Source of the DNA: an uncultured Solirubrobacterales bacterium
Lineage (GTDB): Bacteria; Actinomycetota; Thermoleophilia; Solirubrobacterales; Solirubrobacteraceae
Assembly (NCBI GenBank): GCA_963822625.1
Contig: CAWGIH010000004.1
Coordinates: 13,292-77,291, forward strand
Reading direction: 5' to 3'
Length of the DNA stretch: 64,000 nucleotides
Part shown: positions 20,271 to 29,330 of the stretch, one piece after another
How positions within the stretch are numbered: the first letter of the stretch is position 1
How the letters are laid out: every line of letters begins with the position of its first letter
Made by a program: the position numbers and the translations under genes
The notes under the pieces: model-generated
What the model saw: only the letters and a program-made list of their open reading frames with translations
Database searches by the model: none
Told to the model about the DNA's origin: nothing

Positions 20271-20320
20271 CACTCTTCCGGTAGACGCACAGAGACCTCA
20301 TGACCACTAGTGATCGCTAT

Positions 20321-20352
20321 CCCCTTCTCCGACGAGGGCGGGAAACGGGACA
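20321..20352 (-). promoter_or_regulatory. Bipartite ECF-type promoter-like motif, copy A
   Basis: TGTCCCGTT-TCCCGCCCTC-GTCGGA-GAAGGGG, pointing at the DUF5710 ORF. Confidence 0.6.
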
Positions 20353-20379
20353 AAGTGAGCTGTCGATAGGCTTGGATCG

Positions 20380-21060
20380 GTGAGGTCCTCAAGATCCTAT
20401 TCATCGATTACCCCGCGCGAGGTCATCGTGCGACTTTTCACACTAGGGGTGGCCGTGCTGGTGGTTGGCGCCTTTGCGTCGCTCGTTTCCGGTGATCGCG
20501 AACCAGGCGTGGATCGCCATGCCTTCAGGCTGCTCGAGCTATCTCGAGGGAGTTTTCTCGCGGACGTTGCCAAGCCCGCCTCGAAGATCGCTCCGGTGAT
20601 ACTCGCGATCGTTGTGCTGGTCGCTGTCCTTACGCTGCTGCGCCGAGGCGCCCGGCGTGAGGCGGTCACGGTCGTTACCGGTTTTGTGTTATGTGAGATC
20701 GGCGCCCACCTCACAAAGACGGCCGTCGCACGCCCACGCCCATCCGGGGCTCTGGTGACCGCGGGCGGCTTCTCGTTTCCTTCGACATCCTCAGCCCTGT
20801 GCGTCGGCTTCATCGCGATTGCGATCGCCTTCGCGCGTCTGAGCACCGAGCGCAGGCGTCAGGCCTTGCCGATTGTGGCGAGCTGCCTGCTGACATTAGG
20901 CGCCGGGATGCTGTTCATCGCAATCCGCGTTCACTATCTGAGCGATGTGATCGCCGGATGGGCGTTTGGCGTGGCTGCCTTTACTTTCTGTGACCTGGCG
21001 GCTTTAGTCAGGCAGCGCGCTCGATGTATTCACGTAGAGCGGTGCGGGCGATCTCGCTGA
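20380..21060 (+). CDS. PAP2-family membrane phosphatase
   Basis: KTAVARPRP, FSFPSTSS (the usual PSGH His is absent), IRVHYLSDVIAG; multiple TM helices. Confidence 0.8.
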   Translation: MRSSRSYSSITPREVIVRLFTLGVAVLVVGAFASLVSGDREPGVDRHAFRLLELSRGSFLADVAKPASKIAPVILAIVVLVAVLTLLRRGARREAVTVVTGFVLCEIGAHLTKTAVARPRPSGALVTAGGFSFPSTSSALCVGFIAIAIAFARLSTERRRQALPIVASCLLTLGAGMLFIAIRVHYLSDVIAGWAFGVAAFTFCDLAALVRQRARCIHVERCGRSR

Positions 21061-21281
21061 CGGAGCGATGCTCGCGGCGGGCGCGGGCCTGGAGCGCTTT
21101 GGCAAGCTTGGGGTCTACACGCACCTGCACGCGCGGGGAGGCGCCGGTTATACGAGAGATGGCCTTCCGATCGTGACCTTTGTGGCCTTGCTGAGGTCAT
21201 AGCCGCGTTCGGCCTCGTCGGCCAGCTCCTCAATGCCTCCTCGGTCAATTCTGCACCAGAACGGAGCTTTATCTTCGCCAT
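21008..21281 (-). CDS. CopG/RHH antitoxin (frameshifted)
   Basis: MAKIKLRSGAELTEE..ELADEAERGYDLS..IGRPSL..SPRVQVRVDPKLAKALQARARREHRSVSEIARTALREY. Confidence 0.75.
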
Positions 21282-21510
21282 TGCTTGGCGCCCTCATACA
21301 TCTCTTTGTATTTGTCTCGTAGTGGCATGGCGTGGATCACGAGTAGATCGCCATCAAAGCGTTCCACGGCCAAGACCTCCAAAGGCGGCCGCCACTGCTC
21401 ATCGTCGCCGAGTAACACAAGCCTAGTGTCGTCCTCATCCACGCGTCCGGGCGGAGGGTCCTGCTCGAAGTAACGGCCGCAGTGGACAATGACATATCGA
21501 ATGCTGTACA
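21269..21510 (-). pseudogene. BrnT-like toxin lacking its native N-terminus
   Basis: IRYVIVHC...RLVLLGDD...LEVLAVE...LLVIHAMPLRDKY; overlaps the antitoxin start. Confidence 0.65.
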
Positions 21511-21612
21511 GAATGCGGTGGATCACCCGCTCCCCGTCAGCACGGACCTCGAACAGCTCGCCCTGCAAGTGCCGTGCCGGACGTCTCGTAATGACGCCAG
21601 CGCAGACGCCGG
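21505..21612 (-). pseudogene. Internally deleted RelE/ParE (Gp49-like) toxin remnant
   Basis: RRLRWRHYETSG followed by RHLQGELFEVRADGERVIHRILYS, joined in frame to the BrnT-like body. Confidence 0.5.
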
Positions 21613-21730
21613 GCAGCTATCGAACTACCCTTCTCAGGGGCCTCAGGCAACACCTTCCCAACGCTACGCCGAGCTTGGGATGGGAGGGGATGGCGAGCCG
21701 TCGCGATACGCCACTTAGCTTGAACGCGAG

Positions 21731-22282
21731 GTGCTTCGCTCGAACTGTTGTCCAGATCTCACATCAGATGACAGCCTTAGTGCAGAATGTGGAATCGTGC
21801 CAACACATCGAGAATACCCTTGGGAGCGCGATCAACGGGCTGCCAAGAAACGCCATCCTGCTTCCTCCGGGTCTAGCAGTGCTTCCTCCGGGTCTGGCAG
21901 CCCTGCGCAAGGGCCGGTGTGGTCAGCTTCAGCCGCGAAGAAGCTCGGTCTTCCAACCACCAGGCCTGCCAAGCGGCATCGGCCGGGGCGGAGTTGGAGG
22001 CTTCGACGGTATCGCGGAAGTCTCTTCTCTGGTTCGAGGCAACCAGGAAGAACGCGCATGCTCACCGGCATTTGCTTACTGCTGTCAGCGGCCGCGCTCG
22101 CCCAGCAACTTGGATTACACACGCCCGGGAGAATTGGCGTTAATCACACTACGCTCCCAGGCGCGTATGTAGCAGTTAAGGGTCCATGGCGTTATCGCTG
22201 GGTGCGTGTTGTAAATCCGCCACCGGGGACGCCTGCTTATGTTCGGCAGCGGTACCGGATGATTAGGTATGTGGCGCCGTGA
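21731..22282 (+). CDS. Possible hypothetical protein or remnant
   Basis: 183 aa ORF containing a 21-bp duplication (cttcctccgggtct(a/g)gcag); no recognisable motif. Confidence 0.25.
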   Translation: MLRSNCCPDLTSDDSLSAECGIVPTHREYPWERDQRAAKKRHPASSGSSSASSGSGSPAQGPVWSASAAKKLGLPTTRPAKRHRPGRSWRLRRYRGSLFSGSRQPGRTRMLTGICLLLSAAALAQQLGLHTPGRIGVNHTTLPGAYVAVKGPWRYRWVRVVNPPPGTPAYVRQRYRMIRYVAP

Positions 22283-22495
22283 TGGGGCGGGGCGGGCTGT
22301 AGCCAACGCAGGTACCGGCCGCGGCGCTATTTGTCGCTGGACGGGCCGGGCAGGCCCGCGTGGAATGGGTACGTGGATCTACTCCCTTTTGACCCACAAC
22401 ATCTTTGCGACAAACACGACTGTTGCCAAGATCCGACGACTGTTCGTGTCCGAATCCCGCGAGACTCCTGCGTGTCGTTGGGGTAGGCTCGGACG

Positions 22496-22745
22496 GTGAC
22501 CGCGAAGGAGACAGTGCAAGCGCTCTATGCGGCCTACGCCGCGGGAGACCCAGATCGCAGCGCGGCGTTGCTGCATCTGAGGTCATCTGGGTGGCGCCTG
22601 CAGGCAATGCCACACAGGTCGCGCTCGGGTTGGGAAGTGCCGATGACGCAGGGGCCCCGCGAAGCCTCAACGACCTCGACCGTGATGCGCTCGTGGCATT
22701 CATGGCCTATGACTACCCGCGGTTCTTCGCAAATGTAGTGTTGAG
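22496..22745 (+). pseudogene. Truncated SnoaL/NTF2-like protein
   Basis: MTAKETVQALYAAYAAGDPD..AALLH / EVIWVAPAGNAT; C-terminal half missing. Confidence 0.55.
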
Positions 22746-22819
22746 GGTACGGCTACCTCGCGCGTGTGACAGACGTGCATGTGGAGCCGCCTTTTCCTGT
22801 GATCGGCGAGACTTGTGAG

Positions 22820-23365
22820 GTGCTGCGACTCCAGCTTTCCGATGCGTGTTGGCTGCGCCTGCTCGAAGACTCCGACGCAGACGAGCTCTATGCGCTCATC
22901 GATGCGAACCGTGCCTATCTCAGCCGCTGGATGCCATGGGCATCAACCCAGAGTCTCGATGACACGCTGGAGTTCATACGGACAACCCGCCGACAGCTCG
23001 CCGAGAACGACGGCTTCCAGGCAGCGATCATCTTCGAGGGCAACATCATCGGCGTGGTGGGATTCCACGCCGTCGACTGGACGCACCGCACGACGAGCAT
23101 CGGCTATTGGCTTGCCGAGCAACACCAAGGCAACGGGACAATGACACAGGCAGCGCATGCCCTGGTCGACCACGCGCTGGGCACGTGGGAGCTCAACAGG
23201 GTGGAAATTCGCAGTGCGCCCGAAAACCTCCGCAGTCGAGCGATCGCGGAACGCCTCGGGTTCCGCGAGGAGGGCACCCTCCAGCAAGCCGAGCAGATCG
23301 GGGATCGCTACCTCGACAACGTCGTTTGCGCGCTGCTTGCGTCAGACTGGGCCACGCTCGAGTGA
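22820..23365 (+). CDS. RimJ/RimL-family GNAT N-acetyltransferase
   Basis: LIDANRAYLSRWMPW, SIGYWLAEQHQGNGTMT, LNRVEIR..ENLRSRAIAERLGFREEG. Confidence 0.92.
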   Translation: MLRLQLSDACWLRLLEDSDADELYALIDANRAYLSRWMPWASTQSLDDTLEFIRTTRRQLAENDGFQAAIIFEGNIIGVVGFHAVDWTHRTTSIGYWLAEQHQGNGTMTQAAHALVDHALGTWELNRVEIRSAPENLRSRAIAERLGFREEGTLQQAEQIGDRYLDNVVCALLASDWATLE

Positions 23366-23601
23366 ATTCCGTACCTGAGTTGGTAGGAATGACGGACGGT
23401 GCTCTCGGAGATGAGCTCGCCGGTGTAGTCGCGGAGCGCCGCGTGGTCGACCACCCGGCCTCCCTCCCAGGCGTTGGGCCAATCCACCTCGGGGTGCATC
23501 AGCTCGAGCGCCGCGTCGATGTCGCGGGCGTCGAACGCGCGGTAGGCGGAGCGCAGGAGTGGTTCGGGGCCCGTGATCAATTCGGGGTCCGTGATCGTCA
23601 C
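23365..23601 (-). pseudogene. SnoaL-like protein with internal deletion
   Basis: LLRSAYRAFDARDIDAALELMHPEVDWPNAWEGG..LRDY jumps to GELISESTVRHSY; central part missing. Confidence 0.6.
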
Positions 23602-23997
23602 CTATTCGACGGTGTAGGGGTCATACGTGCCAAACGACCAGAGGTTGCCCTCGAGGTCGCGGGCGCTGTACTCGCGTGAGCCATAATCCTGGTCGGCGAG
23701 CTCACGTACGATCTGAGCACCGGCGGCCTTGGCGCGGTCGTGATGGGCGTCGGGATCCTGCACGACGAGATAGAGGCTGATCGTCGAGGCGAGCGCGTCA
23801 GGCACGTGGCCGCCCATCCAGCCCTCCTCGCTGTACTGGCCGAGCATGATCAAGCCCGTACCGAGCGTCAGCTCAGCATGCTGGACGGCGCCGTCCCCGT
23901 CGCGATAGACCGCCTTCTCCTGAAAGCCAAACGCGCGCGTGAGCCAGTCGATCGCGGCGTCGGCGTCCCGGTAGCGCATGGCTGGGAAGATGCTCAT
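23602..23997 (-). CDS. VOC/glyoxalase/bleomycin-resistance family protein
   Basis: YRDADAAIDWLTRAFGF, HAELTLG, DQDYGSREYSARDLEGNLWSFGTY. Confidence 0.92.
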   Translation of the reverse strand: MSIFPAMRYRDADAAIDWLTRAFGFQEKAVYRDGDGAVQHAELTLGTGLIMLGQYSEEGWMGGHVPDALASTISLYLVVQDPDAHHDRAKAAGAQIVRELADQDYGSREYSARDLEGNLWSFGTYDPYTVE

Positions 23998-24083
23998 TGG
24001 ACGATGCTCATTGGACGATGCTCATTGGAAGATGCTCGTTGGAAAATGCTCATTGGAAAATGCTAGTTGGGCGATGCTCGTTA
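23986..24083. repeat. 14-bp tandem repeat x7 overlapping the VOC start codon
   Basis: gaagatgctcattg / gacgatgctcattg x2 / gaagatgctcgttg / gaaaatgctcattg / gaaaatgctagttg / ggcgatgctcgtta. Confidence 0.95.
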
Positions 24084-24103
24084 GAACGCGGACGGCGTAC
24101 CTC

Positions 24104-24937
24104 TCACATCACGGCGTTTAGGATCGGGTTGCAGGCCTTTTCGGCTGCTTTGAACTGCGCGGAGCCGCGGTCCAGGTTGACGTGAGTTGTGTTGAAGCTC
24201 GCCCCTTCCGGCTCGGGAAAGTTCGTCACTCCGTGTTCGCGCATGCAGGAGGTGAAGTGCCTAAGCGCCGCGGTCACCGGGGCGGGTGTGGCGGCGGCTT
24301 TGATGTGGGGGACGGTCGATGCCGGCGTGGGAGAGGCTTTGGCCTGGCCCGCAGAGCCTGGGGATCCTGCGGTCCCTGGGGTTTTGGCGGAGCCTCGATG
24401 AGCGCGCAAGGCACCCAGCAGATCACCGCGACACCTCACCTCGGCCGCTCTGAACTTGGTGCTGCGTACATCCACGCCCTTGGCGCTGAAGAGCGGGCCC
24501 TTGCCCGAGGTGTTGGGCAGCGGGAAATTCACGCCGTTGGCGCGCATGCACGTGGCGAACTTTGTGAACGCTTGCTTGGCGGCTGGTTGAAGCCTCGAGG
24601 CCCGTCTCTCGAGCTGTCCACGCGCCAGGCTGGCGCACTTCCCGAGCGCGGCATTGAGCTGCTGGCGCGTAACCCCGGATGGGAGCTGGCCCTTGGGAGC
24701 GAAGAAGCCGCCATTCTGCCCGGGCTTGCGCGTGGGCAGCGTGATGCCCTGCTTGTGCAGGCATTCGCGTAGCGAACTCTGTCGTAGCGGGGCTGGAGAG
24801 CTCGTCCCCGTTTTCGTCGTGGTCGTGCTGTGGTTGGCGCTCGAGGACGAGGTCTTCGACGAGCTGCCGCAGCCAGTGAGCAGGGCCGCAATCAGCACAA
24901 CGATCGCCAAAAAGCAAAAGCGTATCCGCATAAACAT
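24104..24937 (-). CDS. Lipoprotein with three C-[ML]-x-x-x-G-[VI]...C domains
   Basis: Lipobox LTGC, Ser/Thr linker; CLHKQGI..KC, CMRANGVNFP..RC, CMREHGVTNFPEP..KAC. Confidence 0.8.
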   Translation of the reverse strand: MFMRIRFCFLAIVVLIAALLTGCGSSSKTSSSSANHSTTTTKTGTSSPAPLRQSSLRECLHKQGITLPTRKPGQNGGFFAPKGQLPSGVTRQQLNAALGKCASLARGQLERRASRLQPAAKQAFTKFATCMRANGVNFPLPNTSGKGPLFSAKGVDVRSTKFRAAEVRCRGDLLGALRAHRGSAKTPGTAGSPGSAGQAKASPTPASTVPHIKAAATPAPVTAALRHFTSCMREHGVTNFPEPEGASFNTTHVNLDRGSAQFKAAEKACNPILNAVM

Positions 24938-25147
24938 CTCTCCCATACCCTCCCCTGCCCTGATAATCGGACGTTCCCTCGTGCGCAAGGAAACCTAAAT
25001 GCGCTACCTAAAGAGCAGCGAAAAACAACTCTATCTATTTGCTTCTCTAAGGGCCTCGTTTTGAGGCCATTTTGACTGCACTGCGCCGCTCGACGAGCAG
25101 TTACGCGCGGCACGGGAGAACTACGTGCCCGCAAAAACAGAATCATC

Positions 25148-25180
25148 TGTCCCGTTTTGAGCTGCTCGTCGGATTGGGAG
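25148..25180 (+). promoter_or_regulatory. Bipartite ECF-type promoter-like motif, copy B
   Basis: TGTCCCGTT-TTGAGCTGCTC-GTCGGA-TTGGGAG, then an in-frame GTG at 25181. Confidence 0.6.
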
Positions 25181-25741
25181 GTGGCTGCCTTAGACGTGAC
25201 TGTTAGAGCGAACGGAGTGCGCATGTCCGATATCGAATTAACGCGCGAGTTGCTGATGGCCTATCACGGGATCGATGGGCGTGAGGGGCTGTGCCACGTC
25301 CGTGTTTATGAGGAACTTGGGCGTCTGCCTGTGGTGATCGTCGGCGGACTGGATGACAACCCCGGCACGGCGATCGCGCTGGTGATCGAGACGGTCGCCG
25401 CAACCGTGCAGCGCAGGCTGTTCGCGGATGGGCGTCAATTTCATCTGGTTGAGCACTACCGCGACGTGATCGAGGGGCTGCAGAGATCCATGTACGCGCT
25501 CGTGCGATTTGGGGGGCGGTCGGTTGTGGGGGCGGTCGGGGTTTGGGATGACGCGGGGGTCGAGGCGGATTTCCGGGATCCGCGGTGGGAGCCGATCGAT
25601 GACATCGAGCAGTTGCTCGGTTGCGAGGTCGCGGTCTGGTGGCCTGGTCGCTACACCGCGCGTGCGGTTGCCGGGCGCTTGCGGAGCGCTCCCGACGTCC
25701 AGCGACCTGCCTTGCAGCACAATGTAAGTTTTGTGTGTTAG
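25181..25741 (+). CDS. Hypothetical protein (DDNPGT...VEHY motif)
   Basis: Intact ORF; start GTG 25181 or ATG 25223; CHVRVYE...PVVIVGGLDDNPGT. Confidence 0.65.
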   Translation: MAALDVTVRANGVRMSDIELTRELLMAYHGIDGREGLCHVRVYEELGRLPVVIVGGLDDNPGTAIALVIETVAATVQRRLFADGRQFHLVEHYRDVIEGLQRSMYALVRFGGRSVVGAVGVWDDAGVEADFRDPRWEPIDDIEQLLGCEVAVWWPGRYTARAVAGRLRSAPDVQRPALQHNVSFVC

Positions 25742-25744
25742 CCT

Positions 25745-26191
25745 ATGGATATGGCCTCGGCGGCGAGTCAGAGAGCGCGTAAGGGCGAGCCGTTCAGCGT
25801 GCGTTTCAGCTTGCCGACCGACCATCTCGTCGAGGATGAGGCCCGCAGGACCCGTCGCTCGAAGAGCGCGATCGTCGAGGCCTTGACCGAGGAGGCGGTG
25901 CGCACTCGCCGCTTTCCCGGGATCGCCTTCCGCGGCGAGGATGCCGCCCGACGCCCGTGGGTGATCGGCTCGGGTCTCGATATCTGGGAGATCCTTCAGA
26001 TGCTCGAGGACTTCGGCTCGCTCGAGAGCCTCCTCGAGCAGACGCAGTTGGGCGAGCCTCAGGTGAATCTCGCCGCCGCCTACCGTGAGAGTTATCCGGA
26101 GGAGATCGCCGAGGCGATCGCGGAGAACCGTCGCAGCAGCGAGCAGTGGCGTGAGCTCTACCCGTTCATCGAGCTCTCGCCTGCCTCGTAG
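25745..26191 (+). CDS. RHH + DUF433 antitoxin
   Basis: PFSVRF...RSKSAIVE...FPGIAFRG...RRPWVIGSGLDIWEI...AAAYRESYPEEI. Confidence 0.85.
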   Translation: MDMASAASQRARKGEPFSVRFSLPTDHLVEDEARRTRRSKSAIVEALTEEAVRTRRFPGIAFRGEDAARRPWVIGSGLDIWEILQMLEDFGSLESLLEQTQLGEPQVNLAAAYRESYPEEIAEAIAENRRSSEQWRELYPFIELSPAS

Positions 26192-26197
26192 GCATCA

Positions 26198-26548
26198 TTG
26201 CGGCTGCTGCTCGACGCGAATCTCTCGCCTCGTGGCATCGCCGCGAGGCTCCGCGAGAGCGGTCATGACGTGCTCGCGCTCGCCGAGGACGCCATGTTTG
26301 AGGGGCTCCCCGACCCCCAGGTACTGGAGCTCGCCGCGTCCGAGCGGCGCGTGCTGATCACCCGCAACAGCCGAGACTTCGCGCCTCTTGCACGCCAATG
26401 GGCCGAGGCCGGTCGCTCACACGCCGGCATCATCCTGATCTGGACACTCGACCACGGCCAGTTCGCTGAAATTCTCGCGGGAGTCAGGCGCCAATTGCAG
26501 CGGCGACCCTCGCAAGAGCAGTGGCGCGATATCACCGTCGCGTTCTGA
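26198..26548 (+). CDS. DUF5615 PIN-like toxin
   Basis: MRLLLDANLS...GHDV...DPQVLELAASERRVLITRNSRDF...HAGII. Confidence 0.9.
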   Translation: MRLLLDANLSPRGIAARLRESGHDVLALAEDAMFEGLPDPQVLELAASERRVLITRNSRDFAPLARQWAEAGRSHAGIILIWTLDHGQFAEILAGVRRQLQRRPSQEQWRDITVAF

Positions 26549-26568
26549 GTTGAGCCAGGGACGCTGCC

Positions 26569-26603
26569 TGTCCCGTTGCGCGTGGGCGGTCGGAGTAGGG
26601 GCT
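26569..26603 (+). promoter_or_regulatory. Bipartite ECF-type promoter-like motif, copy C
   Basis: TGTCCCGTT-GCGCGTGGGCG-GTCGGA-GTAGGGGCT-ATG. Confidence 0.6.
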
Positions 26604-27641
26604 ATGAGCGCGCGTATGTGGGCCGGTTTGTCGGTCGTCGTGTCACTCGCCCTGTGCGGGTGCTCGATGACGGCGGGCGAGGGTGGCAGTGCGGGCGGCG
26701 GCGGCGTGACCGTCCGCGACGAAGGGCTGTCGCTGATCACCGAGCCCGGCCCCGGCGACAGGCCGTTTATCACACTGATCGACAGCGCACGGCGCAGCGT
26801 CGAGGTGACGATGTACGAGCTGAGCGACGAACGGGTCGAGCAGGCGCTCGTTGCCGCCGCCGGCCGCGGCGTGCGCGTGGAAGTGTTGCTCGACGATGGT
26901 CAGTACGGCGCCGGGCAGGCGCTCAATGACGCGGCTTTCGGCTACCTGGCCGCACACGGGGTGAGCGTCGCCTGGGCGCCCGGCTACTTCGCGTTGACCC
27001 ACCAGAAGTCGATCCTGATCGACCGGCGCGTGGCGGCGATCATGACGCTCAACCTAACCCCCGTCGACTACCCGAGCTCACGCGACTTCGCGGTGCTCGA
27101 CTACCGGCCCGCCGACGTGGCTGCGGTCGCACAGACGTTCGGCGCCGACGTGCGCCAGCAGCGGCTCACCCCCGGCGCGGGCAGCGGCGAGTTGGTGTGG
27201 AGCCCCGGCGCGCAAGCGCCGATCGGCGCGCTGATCGCGCATGCCCGGCACAGCCTCGAGATCGAGAGCGAGGAGATGGACGACGCGGCGATCACCGGCG
27301 AGCTCTGCCAAGCGGCGCGCCGCGGCGTGCATGTGCAGGTGTTGATGACCTACCAGGCGGCATGGCGGGCCGCGCTTGGCTACCTGGCCGGCTGCGGCGC
27401 CCAGGTGCGTACGTACGCCGAAAGCGCCGCGAGTGGTGAGGGTGCTGGCGGCACCGCGCTGTACATCCATGCCAAGTTGATTCGGGTCGACGGGCGGAGC
27501 GTGTTTATCGGCTCGCAGAACCTCTCCCGCCAGAGCCTCAGATACAACCGCGAGCTGGGCATCATCACCCACAGCCGGGTGATCGTCGCGAGCGCCGGGG
27601 ATAGCTTCCGCGCGGACTTCGCGGCCGCGCAGTCTTACTAA
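26604..27641 (+). CDS. Phospholipase D-superfamily lipoprotein (two HKD motifs)
   Basis: Lipobox LCGC; THQKSILID and IHAKLIRVD...GSQN...NRELG. Confidence 0.88.
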   Translation: MSARMWAGLSVVVSLALCGCSMTAGEGGSAGGGGVTVRDEGLSLITEPGPGDRPFITLIDSARRSVEVTMYELSDERVEQALVAAAGRGVRVEVLLDDGQYGAGQALNDAAFGYLAAHGVSVAWAPGYFALTHQKSILIDRRVAAIMTLNLTPVDYPSSRDFAVLDYRPADVAAVAQTFGADVRQQRLTPGAGSGELVWSPGAQAPIGALIAHARHSLEIESEEMDDAAITGELCQAARRGVHVQVLMTYQAAWRAALGYLAGCGAQVRTYAESAASGEGAGGTALYIHAKLIRVDGRSVFIGSQNLSRQSLRYNRELGIITHSRVIVASAGDSFRADFAAAQSY

Positions 27642-27719
27642 ATCACAGAGTTCACAGAAGTAGGACATGCGTCCACATTGTTATTTTCTACCCCTAACAA
27701 GGGTAGTTTCAAATGTGTC

Positions 27720-29231
27720 ATGTCTGCTTGGCGATCTCTGCCATTGGCGATATTTGCCACCGCCCTGGTGATAGCCCTACCGGCGTTGCTCGTGGCCATG
27801 ATCGTGCCACGGGAAGGCGCCCTGTCGATCGCTGTCTCTGCCCTCTCAGCGGTGGCTCTCTCCAGCGCGTTTGCTGCCGCCGGGGCGGCCTTCTGGAAGC
27901 GCCGGCCAGCATCTCGCGACATTGTTTTTGCCGATCTCATGCTGTGGGGTTGGGTGCGTCGTTGCTGGACGGAGCGACGCCTGACGCGGGCGCGAGAGTT
28001 ATACGAGTCCGCCAGGAAGGCCGGCGCGAGCGTTGACATCGATTTGCTGAGCACGCTCAGCGGGCTGCTGCAAGCACGCGACAGGCTGACGCACGGGCAC
28101 GGTCAGCGGGTCGCCCGCCACGCGGGCCGGATCGCGCGCGCGATGCGCCTCTCGCCGGTCGAGATCGCCAAGATCCGCACAGCGGCGGTGGTCCACGACG
28201 TGGGTAAGTTGCATACCCCGCGAGAGATCCTGAACAACCCAGGGCGGTTGACCGACGCCGAATTTGCCGTGATCATGCGCCACCCCGTCGAGGGCGCGAA
28301 CATGCTGGCGGACGCCGGCGACCCCGAGATCGCGGCGATGGTCCGCCATCATCACGAGCGACTGGATGGCCACGGCTATCCCGATGGCCTGTCCGGCTCG
28401 GAGATCCCGCTCGGGGCGCGGATCATCGCCGTGGCCGACACGTTCGATGCGATCACCTCCAGCCGTGCCTATAAATCGGCGGGCACGCAGAAGAAGGCGC
28501 TCGAGATCCTCACCACGGAGGGCGGCTCACAGCTCGACACCGCGGCCGTCGCCGCGTTCGTTGGTTGCTATTCCTCGCGGCGCTCGGTCGCCTGGTGGGC
28601 GCTCCTCAGCACGATCCCGCAACGGATCCTCGAGGGATTGCGGACGATCCCCTCGACGATCGGCATCGGCTCAGGCGCGGCCACGATCCTGCCGGCGATC
28701 GGCGCGGCGGGCCTGCTCACACTCTCCCACGGCGTTCGTGAGAACACGCTCGCCGGGGGACACCAGGGCGAAGTGCTCACCGTCGCGGCGCAGACGCGGG
28801 CAGCGCCCGCGTTCTCGAGCACGAAGAGCGCGCCAACGACGAGGACAGGTGCGCGTGGCAGCGGGCAGATCGGCAGCGCGCTGCGCCCGCAACGGCGCTC
28901 CGCACGAAGGGGCCGCCCCGATTCACCCACCGTGCCCGCCGGAGCGCCACCGAGAGACAGCGTGCCCGTCCCGAATCCTCCCGAGCCGGCCCCCCCGCTC
29001 AGCAGCGTCCCAGTGGCGTCCAACCCGCCGGTGGTGCTGCCCAGCGCGCCGGCGACGTTGCCCAGCACGCCGGTCGTTTCCACTCCGCCGGTATCACCGC
29101 CGAGCGTGAGCACCCCGACCGTCACGGTCGGCGGGGTGGCCGTGCCCAGTGTGACGGTCCCCAGTGTGACGGTCCCCAGTGTGACGGTCCCCATTGTGAC
29201 TGTTCGGAGTGTGACTGTTCCGCAAGTCTGA
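27720..29231 (+). CDS. Membrane HD-GYP phosphodiesterase with Pro/Ser/Thr/Val-rich tail
   Basis: N-terminal TM helices; THGHGQRV, HDVGK, HHHERLDGHGYPDGL, IIAVADTFDAITS; VPSVT repeats. Confidence 0.9.
   Translation: MSAWRSLPLAIFATALVIALPALLVAMIVPREGALSIAVSALSAVALSSAFAAAGAAFWKRRPASRDIVFADLMLWGWVRRCWTERRLTRARELYESARKAGASVDIDLLSTLSGLLQARDRLTHGHGQRVARHAGRIARAMRLSPVEIAKIRTAAVVHDVGKLHTPREILNNPGRLTDAEFAVIMRHPVEGANMLADAGDPEIAAMVRHHHERLDGHGYPDGLSGSEIPLGARIIAVADTFDAITSSRAYKSAGTQKKALEILTTEGGSQLDTAAVAAFVGCYSSRRSVAWWALLSTIPQRILEGLRTIPSTIGIGSGAATILPAIGAAGLLTLSHGVRENTLAGGHQGEVLTVAAQTRAAPAFSSTKSAPTTRTGARGSGQIGSALRPQRRSARRGRPDSPTVPAGAPPRDSVPVPNPPEPAPPLSSVPVASNPPVVLPSAPATLPSTPVVSTPPVSPPSVSTPTVTVGGVAVPSVTVPSVTVPSVTVPIVTVRSVTVPQV
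29140..29222 (+). repeat. 15-bp coding tandem repeat (VPSVT) x5-6
   Basis: gtccccagtgtgacg units. Confidence 0.9.
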
Positions 29232-29330
29232 GCGGCTGCCGCGGGTATCGCGGACTTTGGACAGCGTCAATAACGCCCTTGGCAGGCCCGCCGGATCGGG
29301 GGGGTAGGCCGGATTGCTATCTACGCTTGG

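Noticed and set aside
23131-23140. Extra TGTCCCGTT half-sites (also about 56181)
   Set aside because: They lie inside coding sequence and lack the GTCGGA block at the right spacing.
23986-24083. CRISPR array (also considered for 58513-58589, 61469-61552, 19312-19388)
   Set aside because: Units are contiguous 14-19 bp tandem copies with no unique spacers, and there are no cas genes.
15988-26548. Integron cassette array or prophage
   Set aside because: Genes lie in both orientations, and I could not find recurring attC-like RYYYAAC...GTTRRRY hairpins, an integrase or phage structural genes.
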